A DNA stretch of 64,000 bases. It comes from a virus. The stretch spans positions 1 through 64,000 of the IMG/VR virus record IMGVR_UViG_3300044974_000700; one strand, written 5' to 3'. Under the pieces are notes generated by a model, which saw nothing but the letters and a program-made list of their open reading frames with translations, made no database searches and was not told the origin of the DNA. Made by a program: the position numbers and the translations under genes. This document shows positions 11,338 to 22,014 of the stretch, one piece after another. Position 1 is the first letter of the stretch; the number at the start of each line of letters is the position of its first letter.

Positions 11338-11356
11338 GTTTTGCTATAATATATAT

Positions 11357-12049
11357 ATGACAACTTATCTTCAAAAAGAAATGGAAGAGGCGGGATATAA
11401 AACGTCTTCGCCTATAGATGGTATTTTATTAGTACATGATTTTGTAACAGATGAAGAAATTAATCAGTATTTTGAAATGATAAATTCTGCAACAGAAGAA
11501 GATTGGCAGGGGTGGTATACAAATAATTTAAAAAATTTTTGTTTAGAAAAATTTGGTAGAGATGACGTAGAAAATCTAGTAGCTGAAGGAAAGTTTGAAA
11601 TTACAAGTAACTGGCATGACAAAAATTTAGAGTTTATAGACAATAAATTAAATCATATTGTGACTAAAAGATTGCAAGATGTAATAAAAACTGGTCCTGA
11701 AAAGTTAATATGTTCTGGATTTTATTTTTTTCAAAGAATGTATGAAGGGGTAGAATTAGTAGCACATACTGACCAATATACTGACCCTTCAATAAAATAT
11801 GCTGCAATTATATATATACATGATGATTACAATGCTGGAGAAATTTTTTGGCCCAATGTTAATTTTGAAATGAAGCCAAAGCCAAAAGACTTATTAATAT
11901 TTCCAGGTAATGATGAATTTAATCATGGAGTAAGACATGTTGCTGCTGGTCCTACAAGATATGTAGTTCCAGCATTTTTAAAATCTCCAAATTTTTATGA
12001 AGATAAAGTGTTTACAAATCAAAAAGAGTATTTACCTAAAGAATATTAA
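11357..12049 (+). CDS. 2OG-Fe(II) oxygenase (prolyl-hydroxylase-like)
   Basis: HTD, Y.GGE-like, HGV...R motifs; ATG 6 nt after TGCTATAAT. Confidence 0.85.
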   Translation: MTTYLQKEMEEAGYKTSSPIDGILLVHDFVTDEEINQYFEMINSATEEDWQGWYTNNLKNFCLEKFGRDDVENLVAEGKFEITSNWHDKNLEFIDNKLNHIVTKRLQDVIKTGPEKLICSGFYFFQRMYEGVELVAHTDQYTDPSIKYAAIIYIHDDYNAGEIFWPNVNFEMKPKPKDLLIFPGNDEFNHGVRHVAAGPTRYVVPAFLKSPNFYEDKVFTNQKEYLPKEY

Positions 12050-12630
12050 AGTAATTCTTTTACTAATTTAAATTTTGAATCTGTATCGCAAAAAAACATT
12101 GTAAAGTTATATCTTTCGCCAGATGTTACTGGATAAACAGTGTGATAAACATTTTCAGTCATCAATATCAAAGTTCCTGGTTTAGGCCTAAACTTTAGAT
12201 CTCCTTCATGAACTACCCCAGCTACTCTATCTACAAAATCTGGATTTTCTAAATTAAGCTCTCCATTTTCATAATCATCATTTAGGTATAAAAGACTTGT
12301 GTAAATAACATCGCCTTCTTTTTCTTCTGGATAAAAATGTCTTTTGTCTTGGTGTCTTGTATATTCAGCATTATTTGCTAGCCTAGCGCCAAAGCAGGTG
12401 ATTATCCTTAAATCATTTTTTGTATTATATTTTTCTTTAAAAAAGTATTCTGAAAATCCAAATACTTTTCTAAGCACTTCTCTTACAGACCTGTCGCTTT
12501 CAAAAATATCATATCCTCCCAAAAACTTATCAGAATCTGGATTTTTTTTATAAATATCTTTACAGGATTTTAATAATATAGAAGTTTCTTCAGAAGATAA
12601 AAAATCTTCTATTATTGTCCACCCTAGCAT
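12046..12630 (-). CDS. 2OG-Fe(II) oxygenase
   Basis: HQD, YLNDDYENGE, HTV.PV.SGERY. Confidence 0.85.
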   Translation of the reverse strand: MLGWTIIEDFLSSEETSILLKSCKDIYKKNPDSDKFLGGYDIFESDRSVREVLRKVFGFSEYFFKEKYNTKNDLRIITCFGARLANNAEYTRHQDKRHFYPEEKEGDVIYTSLLYLNDDYENGELNLENPDFVDRVAGVVHEGDLKFRPKPGTLILMTENVYHTVYPVTSGERYNFTMFFCDTDSKFKLVKELL

Positions 12631-12636
12631 TATATA

Positions 12637-13335
12637 CTACTGCCAATAACCTTCTTGAATATCTGTCATAGTTAAATCTAAAAAGTTTTTTACAGTATCT
12701 GGAGTTGTATCTCCTACTGGCGTATTTATGTCTGATACTGGATCAAAACTTGAAACAGAGTAAGATTTTGATACAGAAGAGCTAAACCAGATAACGTCTC
12801 CAGAGTTAATCTTTTCAGAAACACTTCCTACATTAATATCTCCGCCTTCTTCAAAAGTGTCTGTTGAAAGACCAACAATGACACACCATGCAGGATCGGC
12901 TGAAGATTCTTGGCCTGGCGTCCAACCATCTGAAGTAGGCAAAACAAATTTTTTAACCACTATGCCGTTCTTGTCTTCAGAATCTTTTGAAGAATACGAA
13001 CTAGATGAAGCCCCTGTACCAATTGAAGAAGAGCTAATTTTTATATCTTGAACAATATTTAAATACAAACTGTCTATGTTGTATACAGATTTCATTTCAT
13101 TTTTTATTTTTGTAAAAATTTCTTTTACTTGATTTTTATATTGATAGCTCTCTGCGGCATTCTGAATAAATTTAGAAGAGATAAATCCAACTTCATACTT
13201 ATCTGACTCTGATTTATACAAAGAAGAATAATTAGATAAAACTGCAACTTCCTCTGGTGTTAAAAAACTTTTTCTGTAATATACACCTAAATGATCATAT
13301 TTTTTTGCAGGTGACGTTGAATTTAAAATTGACAT
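12637..13335 (-). CDS. Degenerate 2OG-oxygenase-fold protein
   Basis: FL(T/S)PEE, EGGD, GDVIWF framework but no HxD/H ligands visible. Confidence 0.4.
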   Translation of the reverse strand: MSILNSTSPAKKYDHLGVYYRKSFLTPEEVAVLSNYSSLYKSESDKYEVGFISSKFIQNAAESYQYKNQVKEIFTKIKNEMKSVYNIDSLYLNIVQDIKISSSSIGTGASSSSYSSKDSEDKNGIVVKKFVLPTSDGWTPGQESSADPAWCVIVGLSTDTFEEGGDINVGSVSEKINSGDVIWFSSSVSKSYSVSSFDPVSDINTPVGDTTPDTVKNFLDLTMTDIQEGYWQ

Positions 13336-13592
13336 TATGCCCTCTCAATTAACCATTCGTTATAAGATTTCTTTTCTGCTTCTGTTCCATATTTTTTAAC
13401 TAGGTAGTCGACTACTTCATCTGAAGTTTTACCATCGAACCATGCGGCTGTTAAAGAAGACCCAATCTCTTGACATTGTTCTTCTGTTAATTCATTAAAA
13501 TCGTGACCCGCCTCTTTTGAAAGGTCATTAGCTAGCTTTGATGTAAACTCTACTAAAAGATCTTCGCTTTTAGTGTACTCTATCCAATTCAT
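13335..13592 (-). CDS. Hypothetical protein
   Basis: GGAGG RBS; coupled to the downstream gene. Confidence 0.6.
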   Translation of the reverse strand: MNWIEYTKSEDLLVEFTSKLANDLSKEAGHDFNELTEEQCQEIGSSLTAAWFDGKTSDEVVDYLVKKYGTEAEKKSYNEWLIERA

Positions 13593-13646
13593 TTTGTGCC
13601 TCCTATTGGCTTATCTTTGCCCTAAACATATTATACATCAAAAAAT

Positions 13647-14393
13647 TCAATGGGTAATGTACTGCTTAGAGGCTTTATAATCTTTAACAAAATCTATTAT
13701 ATATGATAGTTGACCAAAATTCATGGGGTTGTGAAAAAATATACCCTCAACTCCCTTTTTTTCAAGTTTTTCTATTATTTCCTTTAAATCACTACGACTA
13801 ACTACCATGTCATCTTTATCTATTTTATTTGGGTCTCCTTGTATGACTGGAGACATTGAAATATAAAATGGTTTAGACACTGGAATATATCCATAGTCAG
13901 AATTATAAACACGATAATTCATTATTAAAGAATCTGAATACTCAGAATACTCTACAATATCACAGTGATGCCCAGATACGTAAATTTTATTTTCTGTTTT
14001 TCTACATTGAGAATATTCCTTTATCCATTCACCTAAAAAGTTACGGCGATCTTCTTGCGAAGAAGAATCGTTTACTTCACCAATAATTCCGCCATATATT
14101 TTCTCTGAATCTATAACCGCTCCTGGGACTATATTTAAAGAAAGTCTTCCTGGAGCAAAGGACTCAAAAGATTCAACAATTTCAGAAACATATTGTGGTG
14201 AAATTAAATATGGTCTTACTGCAACTATATATTCCATTTTGCTGGAGGGCATAATGTTATGTGCAAGAACAGAAAATGGATCTCCCATTTGTGCGTAAGC
14301 TAAAAGTACTCCGTCAAATCCTGCGCTTTCTAATTTAACAAATAAATTTTTAATATCAAAATAGTTGTGTCTACAAAACCAATAAAATTTCAT
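13647..14393 (-). CDS. Luciferase-like (LLM, SsuD-type) flavin monooxygenase
   Basis: E.AGFDGVL, AVRPYLISPQY, GRLSLNIVPG. Confidence 0.75.
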   Translation of the reverse strand: MKFYWFCRHNYFDIKNLFVKLESAGFDGVLLAYAQMGDPFSVLAHNIMPSSKMEYIVAVRPYLISPQYVSEIVESFESFAPGRLSLNIVPGAVIDSEKIYGGIIGEVNDSSSQEDRRNFLGEWIKEYSQCRKTENKIYVSGHHCDIVEYSEYSDSLIMNYRVYNSDYGYIPVSKPFYISMSPVIQGDPNKIDKDDMVVSRSDLKEIIEKLEKKGVEGIFFHNPMNFGQLSYIIDFVKDYKASKQYITH

Positions 14394-14586
14394 AATTTGA
14401 CCTTAATAAGTGAAAAAAGTGCGAAAAAAGTGCGGCGGCAAAATAAGAACATCAATATTAAATATCCCAATCCCATCCAATTGGAGGCATAAAGCCTAAA
14501 TTCGGATAATCTTCTTGTTTAGGTGCAAATATATGTTCTTTAGGAGTCCATGACCCCATATCAATAACTAACATATATATCATCAA

Positions 14587-14602
14587 TGTTTCACATGAAA
14601 CA
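14587..14602. promoter_or_regulatory. parS-like palindrome
   Basis: TGTTTCACATGAAACA, 15/16 match to TGTTTCACGTGAAACA. Confidence 0.55.
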
Positions 14603-14621
14603 ATATAGGTCATAAATACTC

Positions 14622-15437
14622 CTAAATATTAGCTACTCTTCTTGGTGTTAAATCAGAAGGTATATTTTTAAAATAAAACTTTTCTCTTATATGTTGAGCT
14701 TTTTTGGAAAGAATATCTAGCCATTCTTCTTCACCATATTTCTCCAGACCCTCCAAATATTCCGCACTTGCTTCTTTATTATATACAGCAAAGTATCTAG
14801 CAAAATACTTAGGATTGTCTTTTACTATATGAGATGCATGTAAATAGCGATTATTTGGATCTATATCTGGAGAGCCAGATGGAAATACTATTACATCCCC
14901 CGCCTTTGGTTTATATTGAACAACTTCTTCTCCAGTGTAAAAATCAATTTCTCCGCCATCAAAATCATCATTAAAATATACAGTTATAGTAAAACCAGAT
15001 TTTATACCTGGTTGCCCATCAAATTCATTTTGATAGTCAGTATGATATGTTAATGCATGATCTGGGTCCTCATGTGTGCCTTTATCTGTTGGTTCATATT
15101 TACACACACTAGGACCAGAAATTTGCCATTCATACTGGTCGACTATTTTTTTATAATTATATTTTTCTACATGATGCTTAAATGTAATGTCGACAATTTT
15201 AAGTAGCTCTTGATATATAGATAATTCTTCTTTATTTTTTTCATTTACTGCATTTATATCCTCTAGCGAACAAGTTCTTAATATTTTACCAAACACATAC
15301 CAATCTTCCCAGCTTCCGAGCATGCTACTATTTTTAACTTCAGTATCTTTTATAAATTCAAATGTTTCATCAAGATTTTTAAATAGGTTTCTGTATACGT
15401 TTATGCTTTTGCCTATTTCATAGTTTTCTATTGTCAT
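14622..15437 (-). CDS. 2OG-Fe(II) oxygenase
   Basis: YHTD, YFNDDFDGGE, KPKAGD, H..H...K. Confidence 0.85.
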   Translation of the reverse strand: MTIENYEIGKSINVYRNLFKNLDETFEFIKDTEVKNSSMLGSWEDWYVFGKILRTCSLEDINAVNEKNKEELSIYQELLKIVDITFKHHVEKYNYKKIVDQYEWQISGPSVCKYEPTDKGTHEDPDHALTYHTDYQNEFDGQPGIKSGFTITVYFNDDFDGGEIDFYTGEEVVQYKPKAGDVIVFPSGSPDIDPNNRYLHASHIVKDNPKYFARYFAVYNKEASAEYLEGLEKYGEEEWLDILSKKAQHIREKFYFKNIPSDLTPRRVANI

Positions 15438-15470
15438 ATACTAACTATATCATATCTGTATATCTATAAG

Positions 15471-15545
15471 TAGGCCTAATCGGATTTGAACCGATACTCG
15501 ATTGTATATAAGACAATTGCTTTCACCAGATTAAGCTATAGGCCC
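15471..15545 (-). tRNA. tRNA-Ile(UAU)
   Basis: Cloverleaf GGGCCTA/TAGGCCT, anticodon arm ATTGT-CTTATAT-ACAAT, T-loop TTCAAAT. Confidence 0.88.
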
Positions 15546-15804
15546 GTATATTTGTATTAATAAACCGCATATACAGGTTATTATGGCTATTGCTGTTATG
15601 GTGATAATTAGTCTCATTTTTAGTTTCCCGCCTTTTCTTGTATATATATAATATATATTATATAGTGATATCTGGGAATATTAGATTTTAGGAAAGCCCC
15701 CCTACCCCCCAAAAAGAAAAAATCTTTTAAGAGATAGAGAAGCTACATCTGGTGTATATTGAGTTCCAGTGTAAGCCCCCACAAACCGAACATAAGTGTA
15801 ACAT

Positions 15805-16716
15805 TTATGCTTTATCAAAGTCAATAGGTAGGGTACGATAATATACATCGAACGTGCCTTCCCAATTATTTTTAGTTGCCCACCATCCACGAAATTTTCT
15901 TTTCCTAGAATCAAAACCACCAGTTATTGAATGAGCCATTTTAAAAAGATCTGGTATTAGCAAATCACCTTCTTGCCATTCATGAATAAGACATATATCA
16001 TCTGTTTCGCTAGCAAGAGATTTTGCAACCTTCATCTTAGTTTGCATTGTTTGTTTTGCATACATTGCAATTTGTTCTTTAGTTGGCTTTTCTCCATTTA
16101 TGTTATCTAAACAATTTATTTTTCCAAGATGATTAGGCTGAACACCTAGATTTGCAATCCTATAAGTTTTTTTACCAGTTAAAAAATGGTCAACTGCTAT
16201 TGGTCTATTTGCAATCCATTCATCTCCGATTTTCCAATGTTTGTGTGGATCTGCAAATTCATTTAATCCATGTCCTTCTTTTGGTTCATGATAAACTTTT
16301 ATATATGCAGATAGTGCAAACTCTTTGTCTTCATCCGATAAGTTTTCAAAATATTTATCCATTGGATAAAATAAAGTTCTTCCGTTTTTAGAATCTTCTT
16401 CTTTAAATGTGTGCATATTCCAGCTAGCTGCACATATAGGATTTTCCCAATACGAATGCTCAACATGCCAGTTTAATATACAATGATCATTAGTTTGTTT
16501 TTCTAAAGTGTTATGATCTTCATTATATGCATTAGCAACCTTCCAACCAATTTTTTCTCCCAGCCCCACCATTAATCTTTTTTGTTCTTCAAAACTTACA
16601 AATGCATTTCTAAAAGCTATGAGACCTTGATTAATAAATATATCTCTGTATTTTTCCCAATCGTTTAGGATATTATCTACTCCAGGAAATTCTATTGGTT
16701 TAATAAGTGTTGGCAT
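15805..16716 (-). CDS. TauD/TfdA-family dioxygenase
   Basis: GLIAFRN, WHVE, HEWQEGDLLI.D...H motifs. Confidence 0.75.
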   Translation of the reverse strand: MPTLIKPIEFPGVDNILNDWEKYRDIFINQGLIAFRNAFVSFEEQKRLMVGLGEKIGWKVANAYNEDHNTLEKQTNDHCILNWHVEHSYWENPICAASWNMHTFKEEDSKNGRTLFYPMDKYFENLSDEDKEFALSAYIKVYHEPKEGHGLNEFADPHKHWKIGDEWIANRPIAVDHFLTGKKTYRIANLGVQPNHLGKINCLDNINGEKPTKEQIAMYAKQTMQTKMKVAKSLASETDDICLIHEWQEGDLLIPDLFKMAHSITGGFDSRKRKFRGWWATKNNWEGTFDVYYRTLPIDFDKA

Positions 16717-16977
16717 GTATTTATTATACTATTTTATAATTCTAGTTGACTACTTTTTAGATTTCTAAAAATGTTAATATATTTTTATGATGTATGATGC
16801 ATATCTAATACAAAACGGACATTTCGGATAGTGCGCCCATAATTGTGGCGTATCTCACATGAATTTTGTGTGATGTCAATCACAATGTCCGAATTGTTTG
16901 CATTTTCAACTTGCAATTTGTCAGACCCCCATGATAGTATTTTATTATTAGATAGAAAAAAGAAAGGAAGTTTTATA

Positions 16978-18545
16978 ATGACTTCACTAACACTAGAGCA
17001 AAAGATTATCAAGGCTGCTCACCTTATCGCTGACGGAAAGCCAGTATCTTTCCGAGGTGCTTCATTTGATACATACATGAAAGTAGAACGCCTTGCTAAT
17101 CGTATCAAGCAAGAGCGTGAGTTTCCTCAATGCCCATGCGGTGAGTGTGATTAACCTCACACAATAGACACAGCGTGTCGGCTTGATAAAATTGAATAAA
17201 TCTGAAATAATACTAACTAACTAAAAGAAAGAAGGTAGCATAATGAGTGCTAATCTATACAATGTCGAAAGCCTACTAGTAGGGAAGACCTATCGTAGCC
17301 GCTCCGTAGAGGGCGAAATAGTAGAGGCTGAAAAGCACCCTAAAGCGGTATGGTATGCGGACGCTGAGGCGTATCGTGTGCGTATTCGCAAGAGTAGCGG
17401 AGGTTATACCTACCGCAGCGTAGCGGTGAGTGTGGCATAAGTCACACCACGCCTACGGCGTGTCGCCTTGATAATGTCGGTCATGTGTGATAGTCTAACG
17501 ACATAACAAAATAAGAACTAACGAAAAGGAATAAAAGAAAATGGATAGATACTTACTAATAGAATTAGGCTCAGACGGAATTGCCTTTGAAACCGCTCAA
17601 TTTGATTTCTACGCTTCATGGCTAGGAATTGGAATTGCTATCGTGTCAGTGGTAGCGTATAAGATTTATAAGAACAGAAAGTAAAGGAATAAAAATAATG
17701 TACTCATTTGATAACACTAATACAGAATACAAGTATGAAAGTATTCAACACGGATACGCCATAGAATACTATGATGAAGAAGAACCGCTAGAAATCTCAC
17801 TAGAGGAAATGCTAGAATTAGAAGATGAAGAAATGGAATTGGAAGAAATGGGTGAGATTTATGCCTAAGAATAAATGCTCTATGTGTTATGGTAGGGGCG
17901 TTATCTATGTAGGTAATCGCTATGAATACACAATAGAACCTTGTGAGTGTAAAGCATGAATAGATTACTCACTAGCCTTGTTCAATTAGCCCTTGTCGTA
18001 CCCGCCCTAATTCTAGGGCGCATGGCTTGGGAAATGCTAAAAGAAGATGTGAGAGAACTCACAAAATAATACGGCGTGTCGCCTTGACAAAAGCTGATCC
18101 GCCCGCAGTCTTTTGCGGGCGTTATCCACAGGTTTATGCACAGCTGTGGAAATCCCCGAAATTTTGAGCGTAAGTTATCCACATGACCTAAATCACAAAA
18201 ATAGTTTTGCGACACGCCCGAGATTTGGGCAAAAATGTCAGACCCCTATGCTAGACTAAAGTCATCAAAATAAAGAAAGGAAAACTTAAATGAATAAAAT
18301 TTGTTGCTTCTGCGAAATAGAATTATCTGATGAAATTAAATTTTGCCCTAATTGCCTAGAATACAAAGGCGTAATGACTATTAAAGATTTTGAAACTTAC
18401 TATGGAGAAAGGATTTACTAAAATGGGATTTATTGAATTTGCTAGAATTGACGAAAATGGCGTTGAGTGGGTTAATCTTGAAAACGCTACTAATGACGAA
18501 TTACTAGATTTTGAAATTGCCCTCTTTCAAGAGGGGGCTTTGTGA
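16978..18545 (+). CDS. Cluster of very small early-type ORFs (16978-17154, 17243-17440, 17541-17684, 17698-17868, 17861-17959, 17956-18069, 18290-18421, 18423-18545)
   Basis: Most have an AAAGGA-type RBS or overlap the previous stop; several are below the ORF-track size cut-off. Confidence 0.65.
18122..18183. promoter_or_regulatory. DnaA-box cluster
   Basis: TTATCCACA 18122 and 18175, TTATGCACA 18134, inverted TGTGGAAAT 18145. Confidence 0.65.
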
Positions 18546-18617
18546 TTTAATTCACACCGCTTAATCGGCGTGTCGATTTGATAATCCCGCCAAAATTTGC
18601 TAAAATCGCTCCCATAA

Positions 18618-21600
18618 ATGAAAGGAAAACTAATGAGAACTTACTCTATTGAGGATTTACTAGTAGGACAATTCTATCGCCCTACTTCTTATGCCCGCCG
18701 ATTTTTCGGTGGAGAAATAAATTTCGCTGAAAAGCGAGATGATGTCTGGGTAGGCACGGATTATCAAGCCTATTCAATTCGCTATCGTGTCGGTCAGTCA
18801 GTAAAAAATGAATGGGCTACCATAGCGGTAAAAGTCGCCGACTTATAAATGTCGGTGGCTTCCACTATAATCCAATTACTAACGAAAGGAAAACTAAAAT
18901 GGATTTGATCGAATTTCGCAATTATGTAAAGGCTGAGCGTGAAGCAACACGCCAGCAAAACCTCACCGCAATTTTGTCGGTGGCTTCTGCTACAATTACA
19001 GACAACAACGAACGAAAGGAAAACTAAAATGAAAGTAATTCACACTCTATCTTTTGACTGTGACACCTGCTATGGAAAAGGCTGGTTATTCTATGGCGGA
19101 AATGAGGATTATAATGTTGAACCTTGTGACTGTAATCCTAATTCTGATTTTGATGGCTCACTATTCACGAACGGAGAAAACGAATAATGTATAAAATAAC
19201 TGTTGCCTATGATGAAAACGCTCCCCACTATAATCAACAATTTTCAGATGAACTAGAGGCTCACAAAAGTTTTGCTAGTTATGTGGATTGGGGATTTGCT
19301 AACGAATACTCAACTGTAAATCTTTTTACACCTAACGGAAAATGCTATACAAAAATTTTCTATCGTGAAGGTAGAAGGGTGGTTGAAAAATAATGATGAC
19401 ACGCAAAGACTATGTTGCTACCGCAGAAATTCTGCGGTATGTATCAGATAAAACTCACCCTGCTGTATTTTCTAAAATGGTTGTAGATTTTGCGGAGATG
19501 TTCGCAAAAGATAATCCAAAATTTGACGCAACAAAATTTTATTCCGCAAGTAATTATAAAATTCCAAGTTTTAGGAGTTGAAATGAAATTACCAAATAAA
19601 GAAAGAATAAAAAAAGTTTTGGAAATTCGCCGCAGTAATGCGGCGCAGCCAATTCCTAGTAAAAAAGTTTATTCACGAAAACGAAAACATAAAAAAACCG
19701 CAGTCGGAAAATCTATGAATTGGGATTAGTTGAAATTTCAACTAAGCGCCCGCAAAAGACTGTGGGGGCCAAAAGCTCGTTACGTCAAGTCAGAAATATG
19801 CTGGAAATTTGTGAGGTTTATCACAAAAAATAATTTCCGACACGCCGATACTCAAATAGAAATTGTCAGTAATCTAATGTATAATTCCAACCATAACAAC
19901 AACGAAAGGAAAAAAATGACAGACACAACTAACTGGGCTAAATACCCATTCACCGTAGATGGTGTGGAATTCGTATCACTACTAGACCCTAATGGCTCTA
20001 TGTATCAACAGGTATCTCGCATTCCTGCTTCTCTATTTACTACTATGAACGAGGGCGCTATCCGTGAAATCGTCGGTAAAGTTTCTCTAATGTCTAAGTC
20101 TGAAATTCAAGCAGAACTAGACCGTGTAAATGACGGATACTCTCAGGCTTATTTAGCCTTAGCCTAAAATGTCGGTGGGCTAGTGTATAATCTAGCCCAC
20201 TAACAACAAACGAAAGGGAATTATGTTATCAACTGCTTCTGCTCTACTTGAGGCTACTCAAGAGGGAATAATTGGCGATGAACAAATGGAACTTGCTTCT
20301 TTTATTGTAAATGCTCGCCACGAACTAGACCAAGAACAATTTGCTAAAGCGATGTTTATGTATGCTACTGCTATTGCTTCATGCGTAACTGATAAAGTTA
20401 CTAAAGTGTTACTAACTGAAACACAATTTAGAGAACTAATTGAAACTATTGACGAAATGGAAACAATGTCTAACGAGGTGTTAAATGGGAAGTAATTTTG
20501 CTACTGATTTAGCTGACTATGATTTAGGATTAGATTTATCTACTGCCTTAGAGATACACTTAACTTCTAATCATTACCCGCCCATTCCTAAAACTATGGT
20601 GCTTCCTTGTATTGAGGCGCTTGAGGCTTATTGGGAGGATGAAACTGATCGTGAGATACCTATGCCCGAAGGCGTATCCTACAAAGGTGGGAATACCGCA
20701 CCAGCATGGGCTATTATTGAACAACACCACCTAGAGGCGTGGCTATAAAAAATGTCGGTGGGGTGGTGTATAATCACCCTGTCAAACTAACGAAAGGAAA
20801 CAAATGCTAGAAATCGGACAAACCTATACAACCACTACGAGTGGAATTGTTGGAATTATCAAGGCGATTGATAATCACCCAAGTGGAGTAAATCGTATTC
20901 TCCTTGATGTAAATGGCGCAGAACGCTGGACAAGCGCACCTGCTAACTAACAACTAAATAGGCAGGGCTCACCTAAAATGTCGGTGGGCTCTGCTATAAT
21001 AAAGAACTAAAACCATAACGAAAGGAAATCAAATGGCTAGAAATGGAAAAGCGATAAATGTAAAAATCGCTACAACTAAAGTAATCAAGGCACTAGAGGG
21101 TGCGTTGGCTAAGTTAGAAAAAGAGTTTGCTTCACAAGAGGCAAATGAGGCTAAGCACGACAAGGCAGTAAAGGCATGGAATAAAGAGGTTGCTAAACTT
21201 GCTATGTCTGCTATCAACAAGGCAGAGGATTTGTCTGCTCATACAAGATACAATGGCGAAATCCAAGTATCTTTCTCACTACCTAAAAACTCTATTGAAA
21301 TACCTGCTGAACCTAAGAAAGACTATGTGTCTATCCATGAGTGGCAGTATCGTGAGAATAAAGAGGAAATTGAGAACGCAATTCGTATTCTCAAGATGAC
21401 AGATGAGGAAGTCGTAAGCACTTCTACTTACAACGCTATCGCTCGTTATCTCTAATAAAATGGGGGCTAGACAAAATCTAGCCCCCTATGTTAGAATACT
21501 CTAACGCAAAAGAACCCTGACCTGAGTAAGTCAAGTGATAAACTGCTCAACCAATTATCCCTACTAACAGAAAGTAAAAAAAATGCGTAATAGATTTAGA

Positions 21601-21840
21601 ATTGAAATCTATGATGAAAATAAGTTAAACGATTTAACTCTTTACTCAGAACAAGGCGTAGATAAAGAATACTTAACTGAAATGGTGTTTTCTAATTTAT
21701 CTCAATTTTCTGGTAAAGTAAAAGCATATGTCTATGATGAATTAAAAAAGAAAAAGACAGTTGCTTTATTAATACCTGAAGAAACTGTAACTAAATATAA
21801 ACCAAAACAATTAACTAGAATTGAGTTAGGTTTAATTTAA
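18618..21840 (+). CDS. Small early-type hypothetical ORFs (18618-18848, 18899-19027, 19029-19187, 19187-19393, 19393-19581, 19583-19729, 19916-20167, 20223-20495, 20485-20748, 20804-20950, 21033-21455, 21583-21840)
   Basis: Strong RBS (often AACGAAAGGAA) and individual promoters; no function recognised. Confidence 0.7.
21518..21549 (+). ncRNA. H-type pseudoknot RNA element, copy 1
   Basis: TGAC-CTGAGTAA-GTCA...AAACTGCTCA; homologous to 50475-50504. Confidence 0.55.
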
Positions 21841-22014
21841 AATAATTGGGGCGGGTTTGAACTGTGTAATCATCTAGATCCCCGCCCCAATCAAATTTTG
21901 CCCGCAAAGACTGTGGGGGCACAAAGCTCTTTACGTCAAATTATAAAAATCCCTTAAATTAATTGTAAATGTCAGTGGCACCTGTTATAATAATGGCCTA
22001 GCGAAAGGAAAAGT

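Noticed and set aside
11255-11356. N-terminal extension of the oxygenase ORF given in the track
   Set aside because: It overlaps hairpins and a -10 element; the ATG at 11357 is the more plausible start.
13335-13592. CcmH-like similarity (GKTSDEVVDYLVKKYG)
   Set aside because: Short match, with no CxxC motif or membrane anchor.
18788-18810. Additional TGTCGG hexamers (18788, 17176) as PafBC-type promoters
   Set aside because: No TANNNT at the 10-nt spacing, so not counted.
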